From Longimicrobium sp. (GTDB lineage: Bacteria; Gemmatimonadota; Gemmatimonadetes; Longimicrobiales; Longimicrobiaceae): 41,519 nt of DNA. Position 1 is the stretch's first letter, and every line of letters begins with the position of its first letter. Shown here in pieces: positions 8,532-17,489 of this stretch. A program made the position numbers and the translations under genes. The stretch spans positions 1-41,519 of the forward strand of contig DASQLJ010000533.1 in assembly GCA_035630095.1 (NCBI GenBank), written 5' to 3'. The notes below the pieces were generated by a model. It searched no databases, was not told the DNA's origin, and saw only the letters and a list, made by a program, of their open reading frames with translations.

Positions 8532-9182
8532 ATGCCTGAAATCGGCGCGGGACTGATCAATCCCTTCGCGGGGACGCACCCGGTGACGACGGACCCGCGC
8601 GAGGTGGCGGCGTCGGTGGCGGCGGGGGAGCGCTCGTGGAGCGAGTTTCCGTACTACGAGGCGCGCTTCGGCGAGCGGGGGCGGATGTTCGGGCACAGCG
8701 ACAGCGCCTGGCTCGCGCTGATCGCCGAAGCGCCGCAGGAGCAGGTGAACGCCGAGGTGATGTGGCTGGGCAGCGTGCTCTCCGCGCGCGGGATGCCGCA
8801 GTACCTGATGGAGCGCCACCTGGAGTTCCTGCACGAGGCGCTCTGCGCCGCCGTCCCCGAGAAGCGCGAGACGTACGACAAGCTGCTGCGCGCCTCCGAG
8901 CTGCTGCGCGGGTTGCGCATCGCACAGATCGGGGAGGATTTCTGCCGGCGCGTGGCCGCCGAGTTCGACGAGCGCGTGGGCCCGGAGTGGAACGGCCGCT
9001 TCCCGCACATGGGCGCCCTCCTCATCTCCGCCGCGGCGGACGAGCGGATGGGAATCGGCCGGGCGGTGCCGGCGATCGAGGAGTGGGTGACGGACGCCGA
9101 GCGCTTCCCCGAACATTGGATCGACGCGGCGCGCGAAGCGTTGCGCGTGGCACGCGGCGGCGTGGAAGTAGCGCACGGCTGA
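8532..9182 (+). CDS. Hypothetical all-alpha protein (216 aa)
   Basis: Host-like codon usage. The segment RFGERGR...WLGSVLSARGMP loosely resembles globin-like domains seen with B12-binding regulators (weak). Confidence 0.7.
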   Translation: MPEIGAGLINPFAGTHPVTTDPREVAASVAAGERSWSEFPYYEARFGERGRMFGHSDSAWLALIAEAPQEQVNAEVMWLGSVLSARGMPQYLMERHLEFLHEALCAAVPEKRETYDKLLRASELLRGLRIAQIGEDFCRRVAAEFDERVGPEWNGRFPHMGALLISAAADERMGIGRAVPAIEEWVTDAERFPEHWIDAAREALRVARGGVEVAHG

Positions 9183-9469
9183 CCCGGCCGCTTCCCAAGA
9201 GGGGGGCGGCGTTCTCCCGTGCCCCGTCCGTTTCTTTCGACGACGACAGCGGAGCACCGTCCCCAAGCTGGCGGATTCGTAGCGCAATCAACCGGTTACA
9301 CATCCGATACGCCCGCCACGCGCGGGCGTTCTGCTGTCCATCTCCCGGAGAACGAAAGGGGTGCGCGACGGGCCGCGAGGCGTTATCCTCCCCTACTCTT
9401 ATGACCGATTCGGTAACCCTTCCCCCTCACCGACGCGCGGGACGCAGCAGCCCCGCCAGAGCCCCGGAT

Positions 9470-9844
9470 ATGGACCGCACGCAGTTCATCGACCACAAGG
9501 GACACCGCATTCTTCTGCTCGACTACACCCACCTGGGCACCGACGCCGACCAGCTGAAGGGCGAGATCGCGAAGACCAAGGCGGTCATCGGCGCCGAGCC
9601 GCCGGGCTCGGTGCTCACGCTCACCGACGTGCGCGGCTCGAAGATCACGCCGGGCAACGTGAAGGCGATGCAGGACCTGGTGCAGTTCAACGCGCCGTAC
9701 GTGCGCTGGAGCGCCGTGGTGGTGGGGCTCACCGGCATCTACCTCACCGCCTTCCGTGCGATCCAGGCGCTCTCGCGCCGCCGCAACCTGAGCGCCTTCA
9801 ACGATTTGGACGAGGCCAAGGCGTGGCTGGTCTCGCGCCCGTGA
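9470..9844 (+). CDS. Hypothetical STAS/SpoIIAA-like small protein
   Basis: MDRTQFIDHKGHRILLLDY...VLTLTDVRG...SAFNDLDEAKAWLV; the C-terminal F.....EA..WL pattern is typical of STAS/SEC14-like proteins. Confidence 0.7.
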   Translation: MDRTQFIDHKGHRILLLDYTHLGTDADQLKGEIAKTKAVIGAEPPGSVLTLTDVRGSKITPGNVKAMQDLVQFNAPYVRWSAVVVGLTGIYLTAFRAIQALSRRRNLSAFNDLDEAKAWLVSRP

Positions 9845-9895
9845 CCGGCGCGGAGGAAGCGTCGCGCTGGTGTACGCGAGGTTCTTGGTGATGGA

Positions 9896-10330
9896 TTGAG
9901 CGCCGACCCGCGAGCCGGATCGCCCGCCGAATCGACGGGGCTGCGGGTGTCGCGCGGGGTGCTCGCGGCGATCTTCGTGTTCGCGGGGGTGATGCACTTC
10001 GCGGCGACGGAGGCGTACGTGCGGATCATGCCGCCCTGGCTGCCGCTGCACCGCGAGCTGGTGCTGCTGAGCGGCGTCTTCCAGGTCGCGGGCGGGGTCG
10101 GGCTGCTGGTGCCGCGCACCCGCCGCGCCGCGGGGATCGGCCTGGTGCTGCTGCTGATCGCCGTCTTCCCCGCCAACGTGCAGATGCTGCTGAACGCGCG
10201 CGCGGCCGGCGCATCCCCATCTGCCCAGGCGTTGCTGTGGGCGCGGCTCCCGCTGCAGCTCGCGCTGATCGCGTGGACGCTGGCGGTGTCACGCCCGCGG
10301 CGCGTCGGACGTCGCCCGGCGCGCGGCTGA
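9896..10330 (+). CDS. DoxX-family membrane protein
   Basis: AGVMHF...MPPWLP...LVLLSG...AVFPANV...LWARLPLQ motifs. Confidence 0.85.
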   Translation: MSADPRAGSPAESTGLRVSRGVLAAIFVFAGVMHFAATEAYVRIMPPWLPLHRELVLLSGVFQVAGGVGLLVPRTRRAAGIGLVLLLIAVFPANVQMLLNARAAGASPSAQALLWARLPLQLALIAWTLAVSRPRRVGRRPARG

Positions 10331-10470
10331 CGGGGCGGCGCGGACGCGAAGGGCGCCCGTTCCGCGCCACCCGTGCGACGGCTGCTCTTTGCGCGGCGCG
10401 GCGCGGCGCCCCATGTTTGCTGGCCGGGAAGCCCGTTTCCGCACCCGTCACCCATCTCTACCCGTTGCGC

Positions 10471-10728
10471 ATGCCCGAGCAAGATCTCAGCGGCCACGAC
10501 CACCTGGAGCACGCCCGCGAGATGCTGTGGGACGCCATCCAGATGCTCGAGGACGCGCAACGGGTGATGTTCAAGGCCGGCGACCGCTACGTGGCCGAGG
10601 TCTGGGGCGACGGCGTGCGCACCGTGCTCGACCTCACCGAGCGCATCACCGACCTCTCCGGCGACCTCACCAAGGTCCACATCGAGATCGGCCGGCTGAC
10701 CCGGAAGGACCGCGCCCGCGGCTCCTGA
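10471..10728 (+). CDS. Hypothetical helical protein (85 aa)
   Basis: The C-terminal part of ORF 10237..10728 from ATG 10471 has protein-like composition. Confidence 0.65.
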   Translation: MPEQDLSGHDHLEHAREMLWDAIQMLEDAQRVMFKAGDRYVAEVWGDGVRTVLDLTERITDLSGDLTKVHIEIGRLTRKDRARGS

Positions 10729-10796
10729 CGCACGACCGGCGCCCTCCGCCGGACCCTCCCCCGACGATTCCCTTGTTCCGATCCCCCCGCGCCCGG

Positions 10797-11540
10797 GTGC
10801 GCCTGCGGTGGCTGGGCCTGCTCGCCGCCGCGGCCGCCGTGGCGGCGCCGATCGCGTACGCGCTGCTCTCGCACGGCTACGTTCGCCTCGTCTACCCCAG
10901 CCGCGCGGAGTTCCCGGTGCGCGGGGTGGACGCGTCGCACCACCAGGGGCGGATGGATTGGGGGCGTATCCGCGCTTCAGGCTACGAGTTCGCCTACATC
11001 AAGGCGGCCGAGGGAGCGACGTTCCGCGACAGCGCGTACGTGCGCAACCGCGAGCAGGCGCGGCGGGCGGGGCTGGTGACGGGGCCGTACCACTTCTTCA
11101 CCCTCTGCACCCCCGGCCGCGCGCAGGCGCTCAACCTCCTCGCCGTGGAGCCGGGCGATGCCGGGCCGTCGCTGCCGCCGGCGGTGGACCTGGAGTTCGG
11201 CGGCAACTGCGGCCAGCGCCCCCCGCGCGACTCGGTGCTGGCCGAGGTGCGGCGCTTCCTGGCCGTCACTGATTCGGCATTCGGCCGGCCGACGGTGCTG
11301 TACGTGACGGAGGAGTTCCACGAGGCCTACATGCGGGACGCGCCAGTGGATCACCCGTACTGGGTGCGCAGCGTCTTCCACCGCCCGCGCTACGGCGGGC
11401 GATGGACCTTCTGGCAGTACGCCGCCACCGGCCGGGTGGCCGGGGTGCGCGGCCGCATCGACCTGAACGCCTTCCACGGCACCCGCGCCGAGTTCGCCGC
11501 CTTCACGCGCCAACCCGCCGGCAACGCGCGGCCTCGATAA
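10797..11540 (+). CDS. GH25 lysozyme (muramidase) with N-terminal membrane anchor
   Basis: GVDASHHQG, FAYIKAAEG, GPYHFF, PPAVDLE, WTFWQY, IDLN. Start is approximate. Confidence 0.9.
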   Translation: MRLRWLGLLAAAAAVAAPIAYALLSHGYVRLVYPSRAEFPVRGVDASHHQGRMDWGRIRASGYEFAYIKAAEGATFRDSAYVRNREQARRAGLVTGPYHFFTLCTPGRAQALNLLAVEPGDAGPSLPPAVDLEFGGNCGQRPPRDSVLAEVRRFLAVTDSAFGRPTVLYVTEEFHEAYMRDAPVDHPYWVRSVFHRPRYGGRWTFWQYAATGRVAGVRGRIDLNAFHGTRAEFAAFTRQPAGNARPR

Positions 11541-11560
11541 CAACATTTTCTCACGCAGAC

Positions 11561-11607
11561 GCCGCAGAGGTCGCGGAGGAATAGCCGTCCTCTCCGACCT
11601 CTGCGGC
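11561..11607. terminator. GC-rich hairpin between convergent genes (REP-like or bidirectional terminator)
   Basis: GCCGCAGAGGTCG...CGACCTCTGCGGC inverted repeat. Confidence 0.55.
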
Positions 11608-11641
11608 CTCCATGTGTGTCGATACTTCTAGCGGCTCTCGG

Positions 11642-12655
11642 TCAGGCCGGCAGCGTGCAGGCGAGCCGGGCGAGCGTGGCGGGCTTCTTCTTCCCGCCGG
11701 CCTCGCTGGTGAGGAAGACGGTGCCGCCGTCGGCCAGCGCGACGCCTTCGCCCTGCGCCTCGTTCAGGCCGGACAGGTCCATCACCATGGGATTCGCGAA
11801 GCCGCGCACTGTGCCGCCGTCGGTGCGGTAGAGCGAGAGCGTCTTCAGCGTGCGCACCGCCACCCAGCGCCCGTCGGGCGAGGCGGAGGCACCGGTGATG
11901 CGGTCGCGGCGCTCCAGCGCGGCGATGGAGATCCCCGCGACGCGCTCCAGCATCACCGTGGCGCCGGGGCGCAGCGGCATCGGGAAGCGGTAGAGCGCCG
12001 CCGGCCCCGTCTCGCCCTTGGTCACCACGTGCAGCGAGCCGTTGGGGAGCGCGAAGATCGCCTCGGCATCCTGCGCGCCGTCGGGGTAGGTGGCGTCGAG
12101 CGCCTCGGCGGGCGCGGTGGCGGTGGCGCCCGCGGCGGGCTCACGCACCCGGTAGACGGTGACGCTGCGGCGCCGGGCCTCGTTGTCGCCGATGTCGGCC
12201 ACGAACAGGCAGCTCCCGCCGGCGCAGGGCGCCTCGGCCACGTCTTCCCAGTCGGTGACGGTGGCGCCGGTCAGGCGCACGCGGGCGCGCTCGGCGCCGC
12301 GCTCGTCCACGCCCACCAGCTCGGGATCGCCAGAGTCGTTGTGCGTCCACAGCAGCCCGCCGCCCGCGCGGCTCCACGCCACCCCGCTCGACTCGTCCAC
12401 GTAATCCGGGAGCGCGACGGCGGAGGAGACGACGCGGCAGGGCTGGCCGGCGGCGGTGGTGTCGCCCTTGGCGGCCGGCGCGCTCGCGAGCGGCTTCGCG
12501 GCCGGCCTGCGCGCCGCCTCGGCCTTCGCGCTGGCGCCCGCGCGACGGCCGCCGCCCTTCAGGTTGCGCAGCAGCAGCTCGGACCCCACGCCCACCACCG
12601 CGATCACCAGCATCACGATCAAACCAAGCCCGAGAATGGGCATCTCTCGCTTCAC
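11642..12655 (-). CDS. Membrane-anchored/secreted beta-propeller-like protein (SdiA-regulated/esterase-like)
   Basis: N-terminal TM helix; ESSG, LWTHNDSG, DWED, VADIGDN, DAEA, QGEGV motifs. GTG 12655 with GGAGAG RBS. Confidence 0.7.
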   Translation of the reverse strand: MKREMPILGLGLIVMLVIAVVGVGSELLLRNLKGGGRRAGASAKAEAARRPAAKPLASAPAAKGDTTAAGQPCRVVSSAVALPDYVDESSGVAWSRAGGGLLWTHNDSGDPELVGVDERGAERARVRLTGATVTDWEDVAEAPCAGGSCLFVADIGDNEARRRSVTVYRVREPAAGATATAPAEALDATYPDGAQDAEAIFALPNGSLHVVTKGETGPAALYRFPMPLRPGATVMLERVAGISIAALERRDRITGASASPDGRWVAVRTLKTLSLYRTDGGTVRGFANPMVMDLSGLNEAQGEGVALADGGTVFLTSEAGGKKKPATLARLACTLPA

Positions 12656-12898
12656 GGCAGCTCTCCGGGTGTTCTCCACGCCGCACGTCCGGTCTCTCGC
12701 GAACAGCGAGGCCGGCGTGGGGCGGCATGCTGCGAGTACAGCGGACGCAGCTTCTTCATCCACTCACGCAATGAGCGGTCCGGGTGAAAATCGGGATGAA
12801 GATGTCACTCGGATCGATCCGCCACGATCAATCATCCACCGCCCCACCGGGACTTGTCCGGACGCCCTCGCCATCCTCAGTCGCCGATCATCCGTCGA

Positions 12899-13414
12899 TC
12901 AAACCGCCACCTGGACGAGCGCGCAGCTCCGGGAGTAGCCGAGCGCCCGCTTGAGGGTGGGATAGAACTGCGCCGTCGCCACGGCGTTGGCCAGCTCCAC
13001 CACCCCCTCCTCGCCGAAGCGCGACGTGAGCCGCGCGCGCAGGGTATCGTCGGGATCGGCGCCGCTGGCGACGACCTGCGCGAACGTCACGGCATCGCCC
13101 ACGCCGTCCGGCAGGCCGGCGCCGCGGTCGTCCAGCACGGCGCGGAGGAGGGCCGCGGGGACGCCTGCCTTCCGCGCGGCCGTCACCTCGATCTGCACGC
13201 ACTCGCCGCAGTCGGCGTGCAGGGTGGTGGCCAGGCGCGCGGCGTGGAAGGCGTCGCGCGGGAGCCGGCGGCGGTGCCAGGTGGCGGGCTGCAGCATCGA
13301 CAGCTTGAGGAACAGCCCCAGGTCGCGGTCGGCCACGTGGCGCATGTAGTCCATGCTGGCGCCGAAGCGGCGCTCGGCCGCGGCGAGCTGGCGCTGGACG
13401 ATGGCGCGGATCAT
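12899..13414 (-). CDS. AhpD/carboxymuconolactone decarboxylase-like protein
   Basis: DCGECVQI CxxC motif; FGEEGVVEL; FYPTLKRALG. Confidence 0.7.
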   Translation of the reverse strand: MIRAIVQRQLAAAERRFGASMDYMRHVADRDLGLFLKLSMLQPATWHRRRLPRDAFHAARLATTLHADCGECVQIEVTAARKAGVPAALLRAVLDDRGAGLPDGVGDAVTFAQVVASGADPDDTLRARLTSRFGEEGVVELANAVATAQFYPTLKRALGYSRSCALVQVAV

Positions 13415-13679
13415 CCCTTCGATCTCCCCGAACGTTTGGATGACAGGCAGCCGGCGCGGCGGTTCGATCCATGCACCACGCGGCGAGACCACGATGGTAC
13501 ATACGGGCCGCCGCCGCCAACGGTTGCGATCGCCGCCGGCGGAGCCCGTCCGCACCGGGGCGCCGCACCGGCTTGCGCGCGCTGCGCGGCCCCGCGTATC
13601 GTCCGCGCCCGCGCAGCACATCCGGACGCGAACCGAACGCGGAAACCCGAACGCTACCGAGCATCACAAGGAGATGCGC

Positions 13680-15377
13680 ATGACCTCTCGCACGCTCACC
13701 CGCGCCGCCGCGGCGCTCGCCGCCACGCTCGCGGCCTGCGCCGCGCCCCCGGCCGGCACGCCCGCCCCGGCGCCCGCGCCCGCCACCGGCTCCGGCGCCG
13801 CCGCGCAGACCGACATCGGCCAGCGGCTGGCGCGGTACACCACCGTGCGGCTGACCACGGACCTGTCGCAGCTCACGCCCAACGAGCGCCGGATGATCCC
13901 GCTGCTGATCGACGCGGCGCGGGAGATGGATCCCGTCTTCTGGATGCAGGCGTACGGCGACCGCGACCGGCTGCTGGCGGGGATCACCGACCCGCAGGTG
14001 CGGCGCTTCGTGGAGATCAACTACGGCCCGTGGGACCGGCTCGACAACGAGCACGCCTTCGTTCCCGGCGTTGGCCACAAGCCCGAGGGCGCCGCCTACT
14101 ACCCGGCGGGGATGACCAAGGCCGAGTTCGACGCCGCCGTGGCCGCGGGCGGCGCGCGCGCCGACTCGCTCAAGAGCCTGTACACGCTGGTGCGCCGCGA
14201 CGCGGCCGGCCGGCTGACCGCGGTGCCGTTCCACGTGGCCTACCGCGCGTACCACGAGCGCGCCGCCGCCAGGCTCCGCCAGGCCGCCGCGCTGGCCGAC
14301 GACCCCGGCCTCAAGCGCTACCTGACCCTCCGCGCCGACGCGCTGCTCACGGACGACTACCAGGCGAGCGACCTGGCGTGGATGGACATGAAGAACAACA
14401 CCCTCGACGTCGTGATCGGGCCGATCGAGACGTACGAGGACGCGCTGTACGGCTACAAGGCCGCCCACGAGGGCTACGTGCTGGTGAAGGACCGCGAGTG
14501 GAGCCGGCGGCTGGCGCGCTACGTGGCGCTGCTCCCCGGCCTGCAGCGCGGGCTTCCGGTGGATGAGCGCTACAAGCGCGAGACGCCGGGGAGCAACAGC
14601 GACCTGAACGCCTACGACGCCGTGTACTACGCGGGGCAGGCGAACTCGGGGCCCAAGACCATCGCCATCAACCTGCCCAACGACGAGCAGGTGCAGCTGC
14701 AGAAGGGCACGCGCCGCCTGCAGCTGAAGAACGCGATGCGCGCCAAGTTCGACGCGATCCTCACCCCCATCGCCCGCGAGCTGATCGCGCAGGACCAGCA
14801 GCAGCACGTCACCTTCGACGCCTTCTTCGGGAACACCATGTTCCACGAGGTGGCGCACGGGCTGGGGATCAAGAACGTGGTGACCGGCACCGGCACCGTG
14901 CGCGAGGCGCTAAAGGAGCGCGCCGGCGGGCTCGAGGAGGAGAAGGCCGACGTGCTGGGGCTGTACATGGTCACCACGCTCAACCGCCAGGGCGAGCTGG
15001 GGCAGGAGGACGTGCGCAACAACTACGTCACCTTCCTGGCCGGCCTCTTCCGCTCCGTCCGCTTCGGCGCCAGCGACGCGCACGGGCGGGCGAACATGGC
15101 CACATTCAACTTCTTCGCCGAGCAGGGCGCCTTCGCGCGCGACGCCGCCACCGGCCGCTACCGCGTGGACTTCGAGCGGATGCAGCGGGCGGTGGACCTG
15201 CTGGCCGGCAACATCCTGCGCCTGCAGGGCAACGGCGACTACGCCGGCGTGGGCACCTTCATGAGCACCTACGGGGTGATCCGCCCCGAGCTGCAGGGCG
15301 ACCTGGCCCGCCTCTCCAGCCGTGGCATCCCGGTTGACATCGTCTTCGAGCAGGGCCCCAGCGTCCTGGGCCTGTGA
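13680..15377 (+). CDS. Dipeptidyl-peptidase III (peptidase M49) lipoprotein
   Basis: Lipobox LAAC; IGPIETYED, TIAINLPND, FHEVAHGLG, LEEEKAD motifs; AAGGAG RBS. Confidence 0.88.
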   Translation: MTSRTLTRAAAALAATLAACAAPPAGTPAPAPAPATGSGAAAQTDIGQRLARYTTVRLTTDLSQLTPNERRMIPLLIDAAREMDPVFWMQAYGDRDRLLAGITDPQVRRFVEINYGPWDRLDNEHAFVPGVGHKPEGAAYYPAGMTKAEFDAAVAAGGARADSLKSLYTLVRRDAAGRLTAVPFHVAYRAYHERAAARLRQAAALADDPGLKRYLTLRADALLTDDYQASDLAWMDMKNNTLDVVIGPIETYEDALYGYKAAHEGYVLVKDREWSRRLARYVALLPGLQRGLPVDERYKRETPGSNSDLNAYDAVYYAGQANSGPKTIAINLPNDEQVQLQKGTRRLQLKNAMRAKFDAILTPIARELIAQDQQQHVTFDAFFGNTMFHEVAHGLGIKNVVTGTGTVREALKERAGGLEEEKADVLGLYMVTTLNRQGELGQEDVRNNYVTFLAGLFRSVRFGASDAHGRANMATFNFFAEQGAFARDAATGRYRVDFERMQRAVDLLAGNILRLQGNGDYAGVGTFMSTYGVIRPELQGDLARLSSRGIPVDIVFEQGPSVLGL

Positions 15378-15404
15378 CCTGACCGTCGGGACGGAGAACG
15401 AGCG

Positions 15405-15442
15405 ACGCCGGCGTCCCGCGAGGGGCGCCGGCGTTTTCGTTT
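15405..15442 (+). terminator. Rho-independent terminator
   Basis: ACGCCGGCGTCCC-GCGA-GGGGCGCCGGCGT followed by TTTCGTTT. Confidence 0.75.
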
Positions 15443-15580
15443 CATCTCCTTGCGCAGCATCGGTTTACCACGGCAGCGGAATCGCTGTCGGTATGATGAC
15501 GAAACAGCTCGCGTGCCCACGCTGGCCGTAAATGGACAGTCTCTTGCGTGGCGATGACTTCGGCGTTTAGCGTTGAAGGC

Positions 15581-16072
15581 ATGAACTCCTTTCTCGGATC
15601 GCGCGGCGAGGGCATATTCTCGCTTCTCATCACCGAACCCTACTCCAGGCGCAGCCCGATCTTCGCGCCCGAGTTTCTCGGCAACGCGTGGCCGGTGGTC
15701 GACTACATCGTCAGGTTGAGAGGAGCCTCGAGGAGTGTGGCTCCGTACTTCTTCGTGCAGGTGAAGACGACCAGCCGCGGGTATACGCGGTCCGGGCGCC
15801 TGAGGGCCAGCATCTCGGCGCGCGAGATGAGGGGACTCGTCGCCAATCCGGTCCCCACCTACGTTGTGGGCGTGGACCAGAGCGCGATCGCGGCGTACGT
15901 CACGTCCGCGAACGGGGAGCGGAACCAGGGCCTGGCGAGCCTTCCGGCGGACTTTCCGTTGAACCGGGTCACGCAGGAAGCCCTGTGGGACGAGGTGAAC
16001 ACCTTCTGGAAATCGGTCGCTCCGGCGAGCTTCATCTCTCGGTTCTCTGATCCAGCCCGGAGGAATGGATGA
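15581..16072 (+). CDS. DUF4365-like PD-(D/E)XK nuclease-fold protein
   Basis: G.RGE helix, VDYIV, FFVQVKTT (D...QxK). Alternative starts at 15548 or 15554. Confidence 0.7.
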   Translation: MNSFLGSRGEGIFSLLITEPYSRRSPIFAPEFLGNAWPVVDYIVRLRGASRSVAPYFFVQVKTTSRGYTRSGRLRASISAREMRGLVANPVPTYVVGVDQSAIAAYVTSANGERNQGLASLPADFPLNRVTQEALWDEVNTFWKSVAPASFISRFSDPARRNG

Positions 16073-16536
16073 GCGCACCACAGCCCTGGCACGTGGCCCT
16101 GCGAGCCCGCTCGTACGCGGTGCTCTGGCTCACCCGCAGAGACGACCTCCGCGTGGTGTACCAGAGCAGCGCCGCGTCGGGGGTGGACATGCTGGTGACC
16201 GTGCTGCGCGACGGGCATTTCAGCAGCCGCCAGTTCGGCGTGGTGCTCGCGGCACGGCGCACCGGGTCGGCGGCGCCGCGCCTGGACGCGAAGATGATCG
16301 CCCACGAGCGCGCGACTTACTCCGAGGCCACGTTTCCGATCTGCATGCTGGCGTTCTCGTCCAACAGCGAGAACGGCTGGTTTCGCTGGATCGTGGAACC
16401 GCTGCCCTGCGGCGACGACGCAGGACTCGAGCTTTCCAGCCGAATCCACTTCGAGCCGACCACGGATGAGCTGCTGCTGGACCGCGTGATCGACGAAGTG
16501 AACCGCTGGTACGACGCCCGCAGCAGCACCGCCTGA
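16069..16536 (+). CDS. Degenerate DUF4365-like protein, translationally coupled to the upstream gene
   Basis: ATGA overlap; GVDMLVTV...FGVVLAAR (no Q/ExK); FPICMLAF; terminal EVNRWY parallels EVNTFW of the upstream gene. Confidence 0.55.
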   Translation: MSAPQPWHVALRARSYAVLWLTRRDDLRVVYQSSAASGVDMLVTVLRDGHFSSRQFGVVLAARRTGSAAPRLDAKMIAHERATYSEATFPICMLAFSSNSENGWFRWIVEPLPCGDDAGLELSSRIHFEPTTDELLLDRVIDEVNRWYDARSSTA

Positions 16537-16661
16537 GCCGCCGGACCTTCACCCGCTCGTTTCAACGCTGATGCGGATGCTTGGCGAGCGGTGGGCGAGC
16601 CCGTACTGTTCGTCCATGCCCTGACCGCTCCTCTCTGTTCGCTCCCCCTCCCTCCCGCCGC

Positions 16662-17489
16662 GTGGACTTTCCCGTCGTCGTGCACCTGGGCCCGTTCGCG
16701 GTCGCGCCGCACCAGCCGCTGGAGGCGCTGGGGGCGTTCCTGGGCTTTCGGCTGTACCTGCGGCTGCGCGGGGGGGCGGGCGACCCGCTCCCCGCTGAAC
16801 GCCGGCTGGTGGTGATGGCCGCGGCGATCGTGGGGGCGGCGCTGGGGTCCAAGCTGCTGGCGATCGCGTTCGCCCCGCCGCCCACGCTCGCCGGGCTGCT
16901 CGATCCGCGGCTGCTGCTGGCGGGGAAGACGATCGTGGGCGGCCTGCTGGGCGGGCTCGCGGCTACCGAGCTGGTGAAGTGGCGGATCGGGGAGCGGACC
17001 GCCACGGGCGACCTCTACGTCTTCCCGCTGATCGTGGGGATCGCCGTCGGCCGCGTGGGCTGCTTCCTCACCGGGCTGGCGGACGACACCTACGGGGTGG
17101 CGACGGCGCTGCCGTGGGGGATCGACTTCGGCGACGGGGTGGCGCGGCACCCCACGCAGCTCTACGAGATCGCGTTCCTGGCGCTGCTGGCGGGCGCGCT
17201 CGCGCTCCGCGCGCGGCGGCCGTACCCGCGCGGCGACCTGTTCAAGCTGTTCATGGCCGTCTACCTCGCCTGGCGCCTGGCGGTCGACTTCCTGAAGCCG
17301 GCGCACGCCACCGTCCTGGGGATGACGCCGATCCAGCTCGCCTGCGTGGCCGGGCTGCTCTGGTACGCGCCGCACCTGCCGCGGCTGCTGGGCCTCCCCC
17401 GGCGCGCCCCACGGTCGACCGGCGGATCCACGTCTCCCGCATCCCCATCCCCCGAGCTTCCCGCCGCAGCCGCATGTCCGACAAGGTAA
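16662..17489 (+). CDS. Prolipoprotein diacylglyceryl transferase (Lgt)-family protein
   Basis: GKTIVGGLLGG, GRVGCFL, LPWG, RHPTQLYE; multi-TM. Paralog type rather than the canonical lgt. Confidence 0.85.
   Translation: MDFPVVVHLGPFAVAPHQPLEALGAFLGFRLYLRLRGGAGDPLPAERRLVVMAAAIVGAALGSKLLAIAFAPPPTLAGLLDPRLLLAGKTIVGGLLGGLAATELVKWRIGERTATGDLYVFPLIVGIAVGRVGCFLTGLADDTYGVATALPWGIDFGDGVARHPTQLYEIAFLALLAGALALRARRPYPRGDLFKLFMAVYLAWRLAVDFLKPAHATVLGMTPIQLACVAGLLWYAPHLPRLLGLPRRAPRSTGGSTSPASPSPELPAAAACPTR

Noticed and set aside
10797-11540. GH25 and GH73 (28330-29193) hydrolases as phage lysins
   Set aside because: Host-like codon usage, no holin or phage genes nearby; treated as cellular enzymes.
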